Below, piece after piece: positions 1 through 9,947 of a stretch of DNA of 64,000 nucleotides. Each line of letters begins with the position of its first letter. Position 1 is the stretch's first letter. Source of the stretch: a candidate division WS1 bacterium (GTDB lineage: Bacteria; Armatimonadota; Zipacnadia; Zipacnadales; UBA5352); assembly GCA_012522765.1 (NCBI GenBank), contig JAAYJW010000331.1, positions 2,331-66,330 of the forward strand. The letters are read 5' to 3'. A program made the translations under genes and the position numbers. The notes beneath the pieces are model-generated. The model saw only the letters and a program-made list of their open reading frames with translations, made no database searches and was not told the origin of the DNA.

Positions 1-270
1 ATTCATCTGCAGCACAAACGGCCGCTCGGAGGCCCGCCAGCCCTGGTTGAACGCTGCGGCGAAGCCGAGGTTGTCAGGGTTCGCGATCACCCTCACGTCG
101 GGGAAGCGCTCCCGCAGCATTGCCACGGTGCGATCTGACGACGCGTTGTCAACCACCACGACCTCCAGGCCCTCGGCGGCTGCGAGCGCCTCCAGCGACG
201 CCGCGAGTTCATCGCGCGTGTTCCAGCTTACGTAGATTACGACGATGTCGTAAAAGGTTGCGGCATTCAT
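1..270 (-). CDS. Glycosyltransferase family 2 (5' part; gene starts at 270 and continues past window edge)
   Basis: Reverse-strand translation from ATG at 268-270 reads MNAATFYDIVVIYVSWNTRDELAASLEALAAAEGLEVVVVDNASSDRTVAMLRERFPDVRVIANPDNLGFAAAFNQGW. This carries the GT2 N-terminal signature (DNAS/D..T, NLGFA). Truncated by the window edge. Confidence 0.75.
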   Translation of the reverse strand, partial: MNAATFYDIVVIYVSWNTRDELAASLEALAAAEGLEVVVVDNASSDRTVAMLRERFPDVRVIANPDNLGFAAAFNQGWRASERPFVLQMN

Positions 271-448
271 CCTGCATTCGCCCCGGATAGCTGGCACTAA
301 GTCTAAGGCTCCGTTCACCCGTCCGGCCACGAACTCCTTCCCCGCACCGGCGGTGGTTCGGGTAGGAGAATAACTCCCGCCCCCGAATCCTTGAAAACGA
401 CGGACGTCAGATCATGTCTGCAGTGGATTTGAGGGAGGATGGGGTCGA

Positions 449-1330
449 ATGGGCACAACGCGTTCCACCGCGGAGTATCCGCTGGGCGAGGGCGATCTAC
501 AATGGACCTGCACGGAGTGGCTGGAGGAGCATATTGACGATGACCTTCTGCTGATTGACTGTCAGCCTAACATCCACGACTACATTCAGGAACATATTCC
601 GGGTGCGGTCTACATGAACCCGGAGCTCTTCCGCGTCTCGGAGGACGGTGTCCCGGGACGCTACATCCCCGATGATGCCGCACAGGCACTCTTCAGGCGC
701 GTCGGCGTGGATAGCAGCCGCCCTACGGTCATCTACACGGGCACCGGGCCCTTCAAGGGCTGGGGCGATGGCCTCGAGCAGACGATGGTGGCCTACTCCC
801 TGCTGCGTTTCGGTGCGAAGGATCTGTGGCTGCTCGACGGCGGCATAGACACCTGGAAGTATGAGGGCCGCCAGATGTCGCAGCTCTACCCGGAGATCAA
901 GTCGAGCCGCTTCGGCGTCGGTGTGCAGAGTGACTTGTTCGTGGAGTATGACGACTTCAAGGACATGAAGGACAATGACGACGTCATACTGCTCGACGCG
1001 CGACCGGCTGAGGTCTATCAGGGCCAGGGGCCGTGGCGCAAGCCGGGGCACATTCCCGGCGCGGTGAACCTGCCATGGAAGTCGCTCTTCCACGATGACA
1101 ACACGCGCCTCTTCAATACCGATGAGGAGATAAAGTCTATCGCCGAAGCCCATGGCGCCACGCCGGACAAGAGGATCATCTGCTCCTGCGGCACCGGCCG
1201 CGAGGCCACCGCGGAGTTCCTGATCTTCAAGTATCTGCTCGGCTATGACGACGTGCTGATCTACGAGGGCTCATACACCGAATGGCTGCATCGCCTGCAG
1301 CCGACGGTGACCGGTCCGAACCCGCGGTGA
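449..1330 (+). CDS. Tandem-rhodanese thiosulfate/3-mercaptopyruvate sulfurtransferase
   Basis: 293 aa with a two-rhodanese-domain layout. Catalytic loop CSCGTGREAT (Cys-x-x-G-x-R). GGGAGGA RBS lies 6-7 nt upstream of the ATG. Confidence 0.85.
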   Translation: MGTTRSTAEYPLGEGDLQWTCTEWLEEHIDDDLLLIDCQPNIHDYIQEHIPGAVYMNPELFRVSEDGVPGRYIPDDAAQALFRRVGVDSSRPTVIYTGTGPFKGWGDGLEQTMVAYSLLRFGAKDLWLLDGGIDTWKYEGRQMSQLYPEIKSSRFGVGVQSDLFVEYDDFKDMKDNDDVILLDARPAEVYQGQGPWRKPGHIPGAVNLPWKSLFHDDNTRLFNTDEEIKSIAEAHGATPDKRIICSCGTGREATAEFLIFKYLLGYDDVLIYEGSYTEWLHRLQPTVTGPNPR

Positions 1331-1519
1331 ACTGAAGGTCTCGCGCTCTCCGGCGGCGCACTATCCCGCAGGCGAAGCTATCGCCTGCGGGATAGGCATT
1401 GCACCATGAAGGCGTCTTCTTCACCGGCAATCGCACCCTTGGGGTCAGCGATTCCACGCTGCCCGGGGCGGGCCGCTGCGGCAAGGTGCTGATAGAACCG
1501 CCATCCGGAGGTAGCTCAG

Positions 1520-2014
1520 ATGCTGGATCGCCGGCTGATCGTGCTGATGACGCTCTGCGTGATAGTGATCCTCGCAGGCTGCGAAGGAGGCGAGACCACT
1601 GACGGACTTGAGCGGGGGACGCTGATCGGCCCCGGCGGCGGTACCATCCTCTCCCCCGATAGGAATGCGACGGTCGAGGTTCCCGATGCGGCGATAGACG
1701 AGCCCCAGCAGTTCACCTGCCAGGAGATCGGAAGCCCTGAGCCGGACCCGGGCCTCGTCGCTGACACCGCCTACCGCTTCAGCCCCGACGGCTACCTCTT
1801 CGATGCTCCGGTGACGCTGACCATCAACTACCGCGAGGCGAACATCCCAACCGGCGTTGATGAGGCGAGCCTGCAGATCGCGCGGCTGGAAGCCTCCGAA
1901 TGGGTCCCCGTTGCTGCCTCGGTGATTGATGCCACAGACAACTCCGTTTCCGCATCAATAACCGGCTTCAGCACCTTTGCGGTCGTGGGAGATGTGAGCG
2001 CGCCGGAGGAATAG
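1520..2014 (+). CDS. Lipoprotein of unknown function (lipobox LAGC)
   Basis: N-terminal signal with LAGC lipobox. GGAGG RBS. Beta-rich body with no recognised catalytic motif. Confidence 0.55.
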   Translation: MLDRRLIVLMTLCVIVILAGCEGGETTDGLERGTLIGPGGGTILSPDRNATVEVPDAAIDEPQQFTCQEIGSPEPDPGLVADTAYRFSPDGYLFDAPVTLTINYREANIPTGVDEASLQIARLEASEWVPVAASVIDATDNSVSASITGFSTFAVVGDVSAPEE

Positions 2015-2024
2015 GGGTGGCAGT

Positions 2025-3029
2025 ATGCGGGCGATGGTCCTGCACGAGCAGGCGGATATCACAAAGGCGCCTCTGCGGCTTGAGGAGGTGCCCGACCCGC
2101 AGCCCGGCGCGGGTGAGGTGCGGCTGCGGGTGAGCGCATGTGGCGTGTGCCACACCGATCTGCATGAGGTCGAGGGCGACCTTGAGCTTCACAAGCGCCC
2201 GATCATCCCCGGCCACGAGATCGTCGGCCGAGTGGATGCGCTCGGCGAGGGAGCCGGGCGTTTCAGCAAGGGCGATCGCGTCGGCGTGGCGTGGCTCTAC
2301 TCGACGCCAGAGGACTGCGAGTTTCGTGCGCGCGGGCTGGAGAACCTCTGCCCGGAGGCGAAGTTCACCGGATGGGATGTTGATGGCGGCTACGCCGAGT
2401 ACATGGTGGTGCCGGAGGAGTTCGCCTACGCAGTGCCGGAGGGGATAGATGACGCCCATGCCGCGCCGCTTCTGTGCGCGGGGATCGTCGGCTATCGCGC
2501 GCTGCGGCTGGCGGAGTACGAGGCCGCCCCAACGCTGGGCCTCTACGGCTTCGGCGCTTCTGCGCACATTGCGATTCAGATCGCCCGACACAGCGGCTGC
2601 GACGTCTATGTCTTCACGCGCAGCGACGAGCATAAGCGCCACGCCGAGAGTCTTGGCGCGGCATGGGTGGGCGAGGCGGATGAGGATCCGGGGGTGAGGC
2701 TGCGGTCCAGCATCATCTTCGCCCCGGCGGGGCACCTGGTGCCGAAGGCGCTGGCGGCGCTTGAGCGGGGCGGAACGCTGGTCTGTGCGGGCATCCACAT
2801 GTCACCGATCCCGGAGTTCCATTACGAGCTGATCTACGGCGAGCGCGTACTGCGCTCGGTCATGAACGCGACACGCGCGGACGGGGAAGGGCTAATGCGT
2901 GTAGCCGAGGAAGTATCCGTGCAGACGGATGTGACGACCTTCGGCCTCGAACAGGCGAACGAGGCGCTTCGTCGGGTGAAAGAGAGCGAGGTCTCCGGTG
3001 CGGCGGTGCTCGATCTTGCCGGAGACTGA
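2025..3029 (+). CDS. Zinc-dependent alcohol dehydrogenase (MDR family)
   Basis: Motifs GVCHTDLH, GHEIVGRV and a GxGxxG-like nucleotide fold. 334 aa. Confidence 0.88.
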   Translation: MRAMVLHEQADITKAPLRLEEVPDPQPGAGEVRLRVSACGVCHTDLHEVEGDLELHKRPIIPGHEIVGRVDALGEGAGRFSKGDRVGVAWLYSTPEDCEFRARGLENLCPEAKFTGWDVDGGYAEYMVVPEEFAYAVPEGIDDAHAAPLLCAGIVGYRALRLAEYEAAPTLGLYGFGASAHIAIQIARHSGCDVYVFTRSDEHKRHAESLGAAWVGEADEDPGVRLRSSIIFAPAGHLVPKALAALERGGTLVCAGIHMSPIPEFHYELIYGERVLRSVMNATRADGEGLMRVAEEVSVQTDVTTFGLEQANEALRRVKESEVSGAAVLDLAGD

Positions 3030-3065
3030 CGTTGGAGCCTAACACCGGGTGTGAGGGAGCATACG

Positions 3066-4160
3066 ATGCGCGGCATGCTGACCGTTCTGTTCTTCACGAT
3101 CCTCGCGGCGTCCACAGCGGCGGCCCAGGACGAGACGATCCTGCGCCATGACAACTTCCTCGTCTTCGACGGCCAGGCCGGCCAGAGCATCGCGATCGAG
3201 GTCGAATCCTTTCAGAAGTCAGCGCAGTACGGTGAGGACGTGATCGTCGAGGTGATCGACCCGGACAGCGAGCGCACTCTGCGCGAGTTGGTGCCGCTGA
3301 ACGAGACGAGAGTCATCGACTACTCCGTTGCGGCCGACGGCGCTCATGCCGTGCGCATCTCCACGGGCTGGAATACCGCGACCGCCAGCATCTCCGGCGC
3401 GGCGTGGGCGCTGGTGGCATGGCGCGACGTGCCGATCAACATCTGCGGTGGCATGGCCCCGCTGCACTTCAAGGTGCTCGAAGGCGCAACGAAGTTCGTC
3501 CTGCATCTATCTGCGAGTGTCACGAACGAGGGCGCCACAGTGAGGCTGTACGCGCCGGATGGCTCAGTTGTGCTGGACAGGACCGATGATTTCGACAACG
3601 AGGAGCGCATCGATATCGAGGTGCCGGAGGGAGCGGATGATGCCATCTGGCGGGTGACGGTGACGAATCCCGAGCACGAGCGGCTCTATCTTGACGACGT
3701 GCTGCTCTATCTCTCAGGCCCGGTGCCGCCGTATCTTGCGGAAGACCCCGAACACCTCGCCCCGTTCGTGTCCTCTGCACGCTATCAGCCGGATATCATT
3801 GACGTGACGGTTCCAGTGACCGATCGGATCGCGCTGCAGGCGAACACCAGCGAGACGGTCACATGGCAGATGCAGGAGCTTCCGCAGGATTGCACCTACG
3901 CGCTGCGCATCGGGGCCAACGATGTGGATTACCCTCGCGAACTGATTGTCTCGATCAACGGCGGCGAGGAGATCGCGGTGCCTATCACCGGCAATTCGAC
4001 CAGCGACACCTTCACATTGCTGATCCCCCGAGAGGCGCTGCACACAGGTGAAAACAGCATCAAGTTCACGCAGTACGCCGGTGGCGGGTCCAACGTCGTG
4101 GTTGTCGAGAGCGCGCAGATACTGATCGGCCAACGCATCAAGGAGTACAGGGGATACTGA
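3066..4160 (+). CDS. Secreted hypothetical protein
   Basis: Signal peptide MRGMLTVLFFTILAASTAAAQD. RBS GAGGGAG lies 7 nt upstream of the ATG at 3066. The track start at 3051 is a GTG inside the RBS. No recognisable catalytic motif. Confidence 0.55.
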   Translation: MRGMLTVLFFTILAASTAAAQDETILRHDNFLVFDGQAGQSIAIEVESFQKSAQYGEDVIVEVIDPDSERTLRELVPLNETRVIDYSVAADGAHAVRISTGWNTATASISGAAWALVAWRDVPINICGGMAPLHFKVLEGATKFVLHLSASVTNEGATVRLYAPDGSVVLDRTDDFDNEERIDIEVPEGADDAIWRVTVTNPEHERLYLDDVLLYLSGPVPPYLAEDPEHLAPFVSSARYQPDIIDVTVPVTDRIALQANTSETVTWQMQELPQDCTYALRIGANDVDYPRELIVSINGGEEIAVPITGNSTSDTFTLLIPREALHTGENSIKFTQYAGGGSNVVVVESAQILIGQRIKEYRGY

Positions 4161-4171
4161 GCGGCTTCGGT

Positions 4172-5341
4172 TCAGGAGCGGGCCGGGTTGAGTTCGCGAG
4201 CCTGCTCGTAGACCTCTTCGAGCCTCTCGCCGATGGCGCTGATCGAGCACGTCTCTGCGAAGCGCCGCCCGCCGATGAGAAGCTGCCGACGAAGTGACGG
4301 TTGATCGAGCACTCGCTCCACCGCCTCAGCTATCCCCTCTGCGCCGCGCTCAGGCGGCACGAGCAGCCCGTTCTCGCCATCCCGGATCATGTCTGCCGCT
4401 CCCGGAGTGGCATGGGCGACCAGCGGCGTACCGACATACATCGCTTCGGTGTAGGCCAGCGGCATCGTCTCGCTGCGGCTGGCGGTCATGAAGATATCCA
4501 TCGCAGCATCGTAATGCTTCACTTCGCTGTGCCGCACACTGCCCGTGAAGATCGCCCTGTCGCCGAGCGCTTTGGCGGCACGCGCCTTCAGCGCCTCTCT
4601 TCTCCCGCCGTCCCCCACGATCAGCAGCCTTATGTTCGGTCGCCGCCGGGCCAGCAGCGCAGCCGCATCCACCAGACACTCCACGTTCTTTACCGGCGAG
4701 AGGCGCCCGAGGAAGCCGAGCACGATCTCATCGCTCGCGATCCCGAGCCGGCTCCGGGTCCCGGAGCGATCCGCCCTGTCAAGCTCGGCAAGGTCCACCG
4801 GGTTATGCACGATCTCAATCGGCGAAGTGACGCCCTTGTCGATCAGCCTCTGTCGCATCCACTGAACCGGCGTGGTCACCACATCACAGAGGTTGAAGAA
4901 GCGCCCCACGTGGCGGCTGACAACGCGCTCCACCCACTTCTCCGGCAGGAAGGCTCTATCGGCGTACAGCTCATACTGGGTGTGTGCGGTGGAGACGAAG
5001 GCGTTACCACGCCGGCGTCCCCAGCGATGACCCCATGCGCCCACCCACGCGGGGTGCTGGCTGTGGACGACGTCAACCTTGAGCGTCAGCAGCTTCAACT
5101 GCTCCGACGCGTTCTTGAGCACCGGCAGGGCGAGCATGTAGTCCACCTCGCCCGGCAGCAGCACGGAGCGATAGCGGTGGACATACGGGTCGTCCGCAAA
5201 CGGATCCTCTGCGGCGGGGGCGGGGGCGAAGACATGCACCTCATGCCCGCGCTCGAGCAGGCCGCGGCGGTAGAAGTGCGTGACGTTCGCGACCCCGTTG
5301 AGGCTGGGTGGATAGGTGTTGGTGAAAAGCGCGACGCGCAT
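4172..5341 (-). CDS. Glycosyltransferase family 4 (GT-B fold)
   Basis: N-terminal MRVALFTNTYPPSLNGVA and C-terminal EXFG-like region (ETMPLAYTEAMYVGTPLVA). 389 aa. Confidence 0.85.
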   Translation of the reverse strand: MRVALFTNTYPPSLNGVANVTHFYRRGLLERGHEVHVFAPAPAAEDPFADDPYVHRYRSVLLPGEVDYMLALPVLKNASEQLKLLTLKVDVVHSQHPAWVGAWGHRWGRRRGNAFVSTAHTQYELYADRAFLPEKWVERVVSRHVGRFFNLCDVVTTPVQWMRQRLIDKGVTSPIEIVHNPVDLAELDRADRSGTRSRLGIASDEIVLGFLGRLSPVKNVECLVDAAALLARRRPNIRLLIVGDGGRREALKARAAKALGDRAIFTGSVRHSEVKHYDAAMDIFMTASRSETMPLAYTEAMYVGTPLVAHATPGAADMIRDGENGLLVPPERGAEGIAEAVERVLDQPSLRRQLLIGGRRFAETCSISAIGERLEEVYEQARELNPARS

Positions 5342-5423
5342 CGTTCACCCAAGCTTCCGTCAGATGCTGTGCGATTTGTCAGCATATCACAGCACCTGCC
5401 CCCACGACAACAGCGGAATTCTG

Positions 5424-7835
5424 TCAGTCCGCCACCGGGCCGCCGGCGGGAAGCTCGACGATACTCCTCTGGCCATCGCGAAGCACCGCCACTACCGCGC
5501 GGGCTGTGGTGTGATGGCTCTCGCCCCACGGCAGGGTTAGCGTCATTTCGCCCGCTTTGCGGCTGAAGGCGATGAGGCTGTCCCCCACCCGCACACCGCT
5601 GAACGTGTCGTCGCCCACCGGCATGACCTCCGGCAGGGGCTCACCCAACGCACCGATGATCAGCGGCACGAGGAAAGTCGCCTCCTCCACCGGATCGGTG
5701 GTCAACTCCAGCAACCCGATCTCCGCGTCCTCCTTCGGTGTCAGGTCACGCGTGGGGTGCACGTACTGCGGCAGATAGCGACTGCTCAGCACCTCAACCC
5801 CGTCCGGCTGCAGCGGCACCACCGCGAGCGTGGCCTCGCCCCGCGTTACCCGCCATCCTCCGGTCATCTCCTCCGCCTGCCCGATATGATGCAACAGCCA
5901 TGAGAACTTTCGCGGAGCGTCTGCCGCCAGCGTGTCGCGCACAACGACCAGGTCCGGCCCCGCCATGGCGACCGTGCGCTCGAAACGCTGCAGGCCCAGC
6001 TCCGGCGGATACGCGGAGGAGGGGTCGCAGGCGACGATGGTCACGTCACCGTCGCTCACGAAGCCGGTGACTCGGGCGCGCCCCGGCTTCGGCCCCGGCC
6101 ACATTTCGCCATCGCCGAACTGCCCCTGGCCGTCGATCAGTATCGTGTTGTGATTGCGCGTGCGCTTCTCATAGGTGTAACCGGGATCGTAAGCCAGCGG
6201 CTCACCGCGCGCGAAGATCGTGAAGTGCCCCTGGGCCGGGTGATTATGCCCCGTCCCGCCGATCCCGTAGCGCGCGCACAATTCAGCGTAGAAGTGCCCA
6301 CCCAGCGGCCTGCTCACCACCGCGAGATGCGTGGCGTCGTCCTGCCATGACGTGCGAGCGAAGGCCGTCTCCACGTCCGGGTAGTACTGTGCCAGCGGCA
6401 CCTCGGCAAAGGGGTCTGCGGCCTCCAGCGTATCATCGAGCCACAGCAGATTGAAGGCGCTGATGGCCGGATCGCGCCGCAAGGCCCCGGCGATCCCCAT
6501 CACTACCGGGTCCTGGTACCGCTTCGCCTCCCAGAGCAACAGGCCAATCGGCGGGCGCCCGATCCCGGCGGTGCTGTCCTCAAGCGCCACCGATCGCTCC
6601 AGCCCCGGATAGAGGTGGTGGGTCCGGAAGATCGCCTGGCCGTGCAGGCCGGTGTCGGCCCATGGCACGGGTGTCCCGCTAAGCTGCTCGTAGAGGTCCA
6701 CCAGCATGTAGAGCGTGGGCATCGAGAAGTCCCAGTAGGCGGGGCCCTCGTGGAAGGCGCCGTCGGGGCTGAAGGTGATGAAGATGCGCTCGGCACGATC
6801 CCACCCCCACGCAAGCCAGTCGCGGGCCTCGGGCACCTCGTCGTAGACCGCCGCTGCGGCCAGCACCAGCGCGAGGTGTGCGTACCAGTAGTGATTCTGC
6901 TGGAAGCTCAGGCCGCCGCCGGTGTAACCGGCAAGTGAGGCATCATACAGGCGCCGGGCATGAGCGCAGATGTTCTCCCGCAAGCGGGCCCGCAGGTCCT
7001 CGGGCAGTTCGTCGTAGAGCCAGTCGTAGCTGAGCGCCACGCCCTCGAGGAAGTACTCGGCGTCGAGGTCAACGCCGATGTCCGGGTAGGTGGTTGCCAT
7101 CTCCAGCCACTCGATCAGCGCCTCAAGCTTCTCCGGCGACGGCTCCAGCACGTGCGAGAGCGCGTAGCCGGGAAGGCTGCGAAAGGCGCCGCCGTTGCGT
7201 CCGCCGGGCCTGAATGCCGGGGGCTTGCGGGTCAGTGGCCCGGCGGGGTGGTAGTAGCGCTGAACCCGCTCGTCCTGCAGGCGCTCGCGCATCACCGGGA
7301 TTTCATCGGCGGTGAAGAACATGCGCGGTCGCGCTGCGGCCAACTCAGGCAGCATCGGCTCGATGGGCGGTCTAAGGGCGGTGCGTCGGAGGCTCACCTG
7401 GGAGATCGCACTGCCGGGCGCCTCACGCAGGATCAGCGAGACAACATGCGGCCCGGCCTCCTCAATGCGGAAGCCACCGGCCCGTTCACCGAAGGACTCA
7501 ATCGGCGGCGCGATCGGAGTGGATAGCTGCTCATCATCCACCACCAGCCAGTAGGAGTCGGCGCCGCGATTGGGCGCGGAGGCTTCGATGGACAGGACAT
7601 GCGAACCGGGTAGCAGGTCGGCGGTGAAGCTGAGGCGGAAGGTCCGTTCGGTGGTTACCAGCACCCGGCGCCCGTCGCGCTCCTCTACGACCGCGCCCTC
7701 AGCACGGGCCGCAAGCTCATCGGCGTCATAGGCGAAGATCGCCTCGGTGCCGAGGATGGGCGTATCCAGCAGGTGCTCGACATCAACGCCGGAGAAGAGG
7801 CCTGCGACCAGCGTAGCCAGCAGCAACTCCCGCAT
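5424..7835 (-). CDS. Heparinase II/III-like (polysaccharide lyase-like) secreted protein
   Basis: C-terminal Hepar_II_III-like block GHNHPAQGHFTIFARGEPLAYDPGY...NHNTILIDGQ. Alpha-helical N-terminal half. Likely start at MRELLLATLVAGLFSG (ATG 7833-7835) with GGGAGGG RBS; the upstream in-frame Met codons are probably not used. Confidence 0.7.
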   Translation of the reverse strand: MRELLLATLVAGLFSGVDVEHLLDTPILGTEAIFAYDADELAARAEGAVVEERDGRRVLVTTERTFRLSFTADLLPGSHVLSIEASAPNRGADSYWLVVDDEQLSTPIAPPIESFGERAGGFRIEEAGPHVVSLILREAPGSAISQVSLRRTALRPPIEPMLPELAAARPRMFFTADEIPVMRERLQDERVQRYYHPAGPLTRKPPAFRPGGRNGGAFRSLPGYALSHVLEPSPEKLEALIEWLEMATTYPDIGVDLDAEYFLEGVALSYDWLYDELPEDLRARLRENICAHARRLYDASLAGYTGGGLSFQQNHYWYAHLALVLAAAAVYDEVPEARDWLAWGWDRAERIFITFSPDGAFHEGPAYWDFSMPTLYMLVDLYEQLSGTPVPWADTGLHGQAIFRTHHLYPGLERSVALEDSTAGIGRPPIGLLLWEAKRYQDPVVMGIAGALRRDPAISAFNLLWLDDTLEAADPFAEVPLAQYYPDVETAFARTSWQDDATHLAVVSRPLGGHFYAELCARYGIGGTGHNHPAQGHFTIFARGEPLAYDPGYTYEKRTRNHNTILIDGQGQFGDGEMWPGPKPGRARVTGFVSDGDVTIVACDPSSAYPPELGLQRFERTVAMAGPDLVVVRDTLAADAPRKFSWLLHHIGQAEEMTGGWRVTRGEATLAVVPLQPDGVEVLSSRYLPQYVHPTRDLTPKEDAEIGLLELTTDPVEEATFLVPLIIGALGEPLPEVMPVGDDTFSGVRVGDSLIAFSRKAGEMTLTLPWGESHHTTARAVVAVLRDGQRSIVELPAGGPVAD

Positions 7836-7920
7836 ACCGAGCCCTCCCAATGAACGCATCGCGCGCATCTGAGGCAACGACAGCATCTGCTTCCGCGCGA
7901 CGGTGGCGGTCTCCTCCGCG

Positions 7921-9006
7921 TCAGCGCCCGACCACTTCAGCCACATCCGGCGCTACCGGCGTGCCATGCCGGCAGAGCACCGCCCCCGCAAGGGCCGGGC
8001 TGGTCTCGATGGCGCGATCGAAGCCCTGATCGGCGATCTGCAGCGTGTACGGCAGCGTGGCGTGCTCCAGCGCCACGGTGGCCGTCTGCGGCACCACGCC
8101 GGGGATGTTCGGCACCACGTAGTGCGTCACGCCCTCCTCGACGAAGGTCGGCGCGGCATGAGTGGTCTTGCGGACTGAGGTCTCGACGGCGCCGCAGAGG
8201 TCGGCCGTGACGTCAATGATGACTGCACCAGGGCGCATCGCTCGGACCATCTCGCGCGTGACGACGTGTTCTTCGGAGCCCTCGGGCACCGTGGCCCCAT
8301 TCACGACCAGCCACGCACCCTGCACGGCCTCAGCGACCAGCGCGGGATCGGGCGGAAGCGCCTCTATCCCCGGCAGTGCCGACATTAGCTGACTGCGACG
8401 CTCCTCGCGCAGCTCGAAGATGCTGACGCGAGCGCCAAGTGCCGATGCTACTCGCGCCGCCGCCTCGCCGACCACGCCGCCGCCGATGATGGCGACAGCG
8501 CTCTGGCCGATGCCGGGCATCTGGCCGAGCATGACACCCGGACCGCCATGGATGGTCTGCAGCAGTTGCGCTCCGATGAGCACGGACATGTGCCCGGCGA
8601 TGCGGCTCATCGGAGCGAGCAGCGGCAGCGAGCCGTCCTCAAGCCGAACGCGCTCGAACGAGATGGCGGTCATCCCCCGATCCAGCAGCGCCTCGACCAG
8701 CCACGGCCGCGTCTCGGTGTGCGTATAGCCGAAGAAGATGGCTCCGCGCGGGAATACCTCGCGCTCGGCCTCAGTAGGCTGCTTGACCTTGACGATCAGG
8801 TCGCCGGCGGCCCAGACAGACGCCGCATCTGGCGCGATCTGTGCTCCCTGCTCTTCGTAGTCGGCGTCGCTGAAGCCCGCGCCGACACCGGCGCCACTTT
8901 GCACCGTCACCTGGTGGCCCGCGGCGACAAGCTGCCGCGTGCCCTCCGGCGTCATAGCTACTCTGCTCTCCTGATCCTGCACCTCGGCGGGGACGGCGAT
9001 TCGCAT
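7921..9006 (-). CDS. ald: Alanine dehydrogenase
   Basis: AlaDH/PNT family motifs, including IGGGVVGEAAARVASALGA. Start MRIAVPAEV with GGGAGG RBS. About 361 aa. Confidence 0.88.
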   Translation of the reverse strand: MRIAVPAEVQDQESRVAMTPEGTRQLVAAGHQVTVQSGAGVGAGFSDADYEEQGAQIAPDAASVWAAGDLIVKVKQPTEAEREVFPRGAIFFGYTHTETRPWLVEALLDRGMTAISFERVRLEDGSLPLLAPMSRIAGHMSVLIGAQLLQTIHGGPGVMLGQMPGIGQSAVAIIGGGVVGEAAARVASALGARVSIFELREERRSQLMSALPGIEALPPDPALVAEAVQGAWLVVNGATVPEGSEEHVVTREMVRAMRPGAVIIDVTADLCGAVETSVRKTTHAAPTFVEEGVTHYVVPNIPGVVPQTATVALEHATLPYTLQIADQGFDRAIETSPALAGAVLCRHGTPVAPDVAEVVGR

Positions 9007-9048
9007 TTCGCGACCTCCCACTGCGTTTCGATGGCAGGAGTGTAACGT

Positions 9049-9068
9049 TTGACCTCTGCGAAGGTCAA
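9049..9068. promoter_or_regulatory. Perfect palindrome TTGACCT-N6-AGGTCAA in the ald / YARHG divergent intergenic region
   Basis: Sequence tttgacctctgcgaaggtcaa has 7-bp perfect arms and lies 43 nt upstream of the ald start. Candidate operator and/or overlapping -35 boxes (TTGACC on both strands). Confidence 0.35.
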
Positions 9069-9202
9069 GTAGAGGACGATGCGCGGCGGGAGGTGCGGGG
9101 ATGCGACAGAGGGAAAGGTACGCGCGTCATCAACAGAGGGCTTCGCGGGGGATTGCAGGGCGGGACCTGCGGGGCATGAGTCTCTCAGGGAGGTGCCGGA
9201 AG

Positions 9203-9913
9203 ATGCGACGCATGGTGACCTGTTTGTTGCTCCTCGTGCTCGTCGCCGGGATTGCGAGCGCACAGACGATCTGGACCCCTCGGGTTGAGGAGAATGGACG
9301 CTTGCTCGTGCCGGTCCGCGGGATCTTTGAGGCATTCGGGGCGACTGTGGACTGGAGCGGCTACGATCAGAGTGCCACGGTCAACTACCAGGGCCGCGCG
9401 ATTACCATGTGGGTGAACAACCCGCAGGCTTACATTGACGGGGCCGCCTACTACCTCGACGTGCCGCCGCGCAATGTCGGCGGCCGTGTGCACATCCCTC
9501 TGCGCTTTGTGGGCGAGGCGATGGGCAAGACGGTGAACTATCAGGGCGACCGGGTGGTCATATCCTCCGGCGGCAACGCGGAACTGACGATCATGCTGCA
9601 GGGCAGCACGCTGCCGCCACCGCCGCAGATGGGTGGCGAGATACTGCCGCAGAGCAATGACCGCCATCTCAACAACGCAGACCTCGCCGGGATGAGCAAC
9701 TGGCGGCTGACGCTTGCGCGGAATGAGATCTACGCCCGTCACGGCCGACCCTTTGATAACGCTAGCGTCCGCGCCTACTTCCAGTCAACGGGCTGGTACA
9801 GGCCGAACGCCAACTTCCGCGAATCGTGGCTCTCGCAGACAGAGTCGCGCAACGCGGTCTTCATCCGCGAGTATCAGGAGGGCGTCTTCGGGCGACCCGC
9901 TACCTCTCCTTGA
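9203..9913 (+). CDS. Secreted YARHG-domain protein with copper-amine-oxidase-N-like domain
   Basis: Signal peptide MRRMVTCLLLLVLVAGIASA. Literal YARHG motif (LTLARNEIYARHGRPF...YF...GWY) at the C-terminus. GGAGGTG RBS. Confidence 0.8.
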   Translation: MRRMVTCLLLLVLVAGIASAQTIWTPRVEENGRLLVPVRGIFEAFGATVDWSGYDQSATVNYQGRAITMWVNNPQAYIDGAAYYLDVPPRNVGGRVHIPLRFVGEAMGKTVNYQGDRVVISSGGNAELTIMLQGSTLPPPPQMGGEILPQSNDRHLNNADLAGMSNWRLTLARNEIYARHGRPFDNASVRAYFQSTGWYRPNANFRESWLSQTESRNAVFIREYQEGVFGRPATSP

Positions 9914-9947
9914 TGGGGCGTAAAGGTAGATGGAGCGAGGAGCGACG

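Noticed and set aside
497-1153. 218-aa minus-strand ORF, and similar antisense ORFs at 1968-2798, 4301-5566, 46709-47617, 49913-50695
   Set aside because: Each lies inside a confidently assigned gene on the opposite strand. High-GC genomes routinely give such shadow ORFs.
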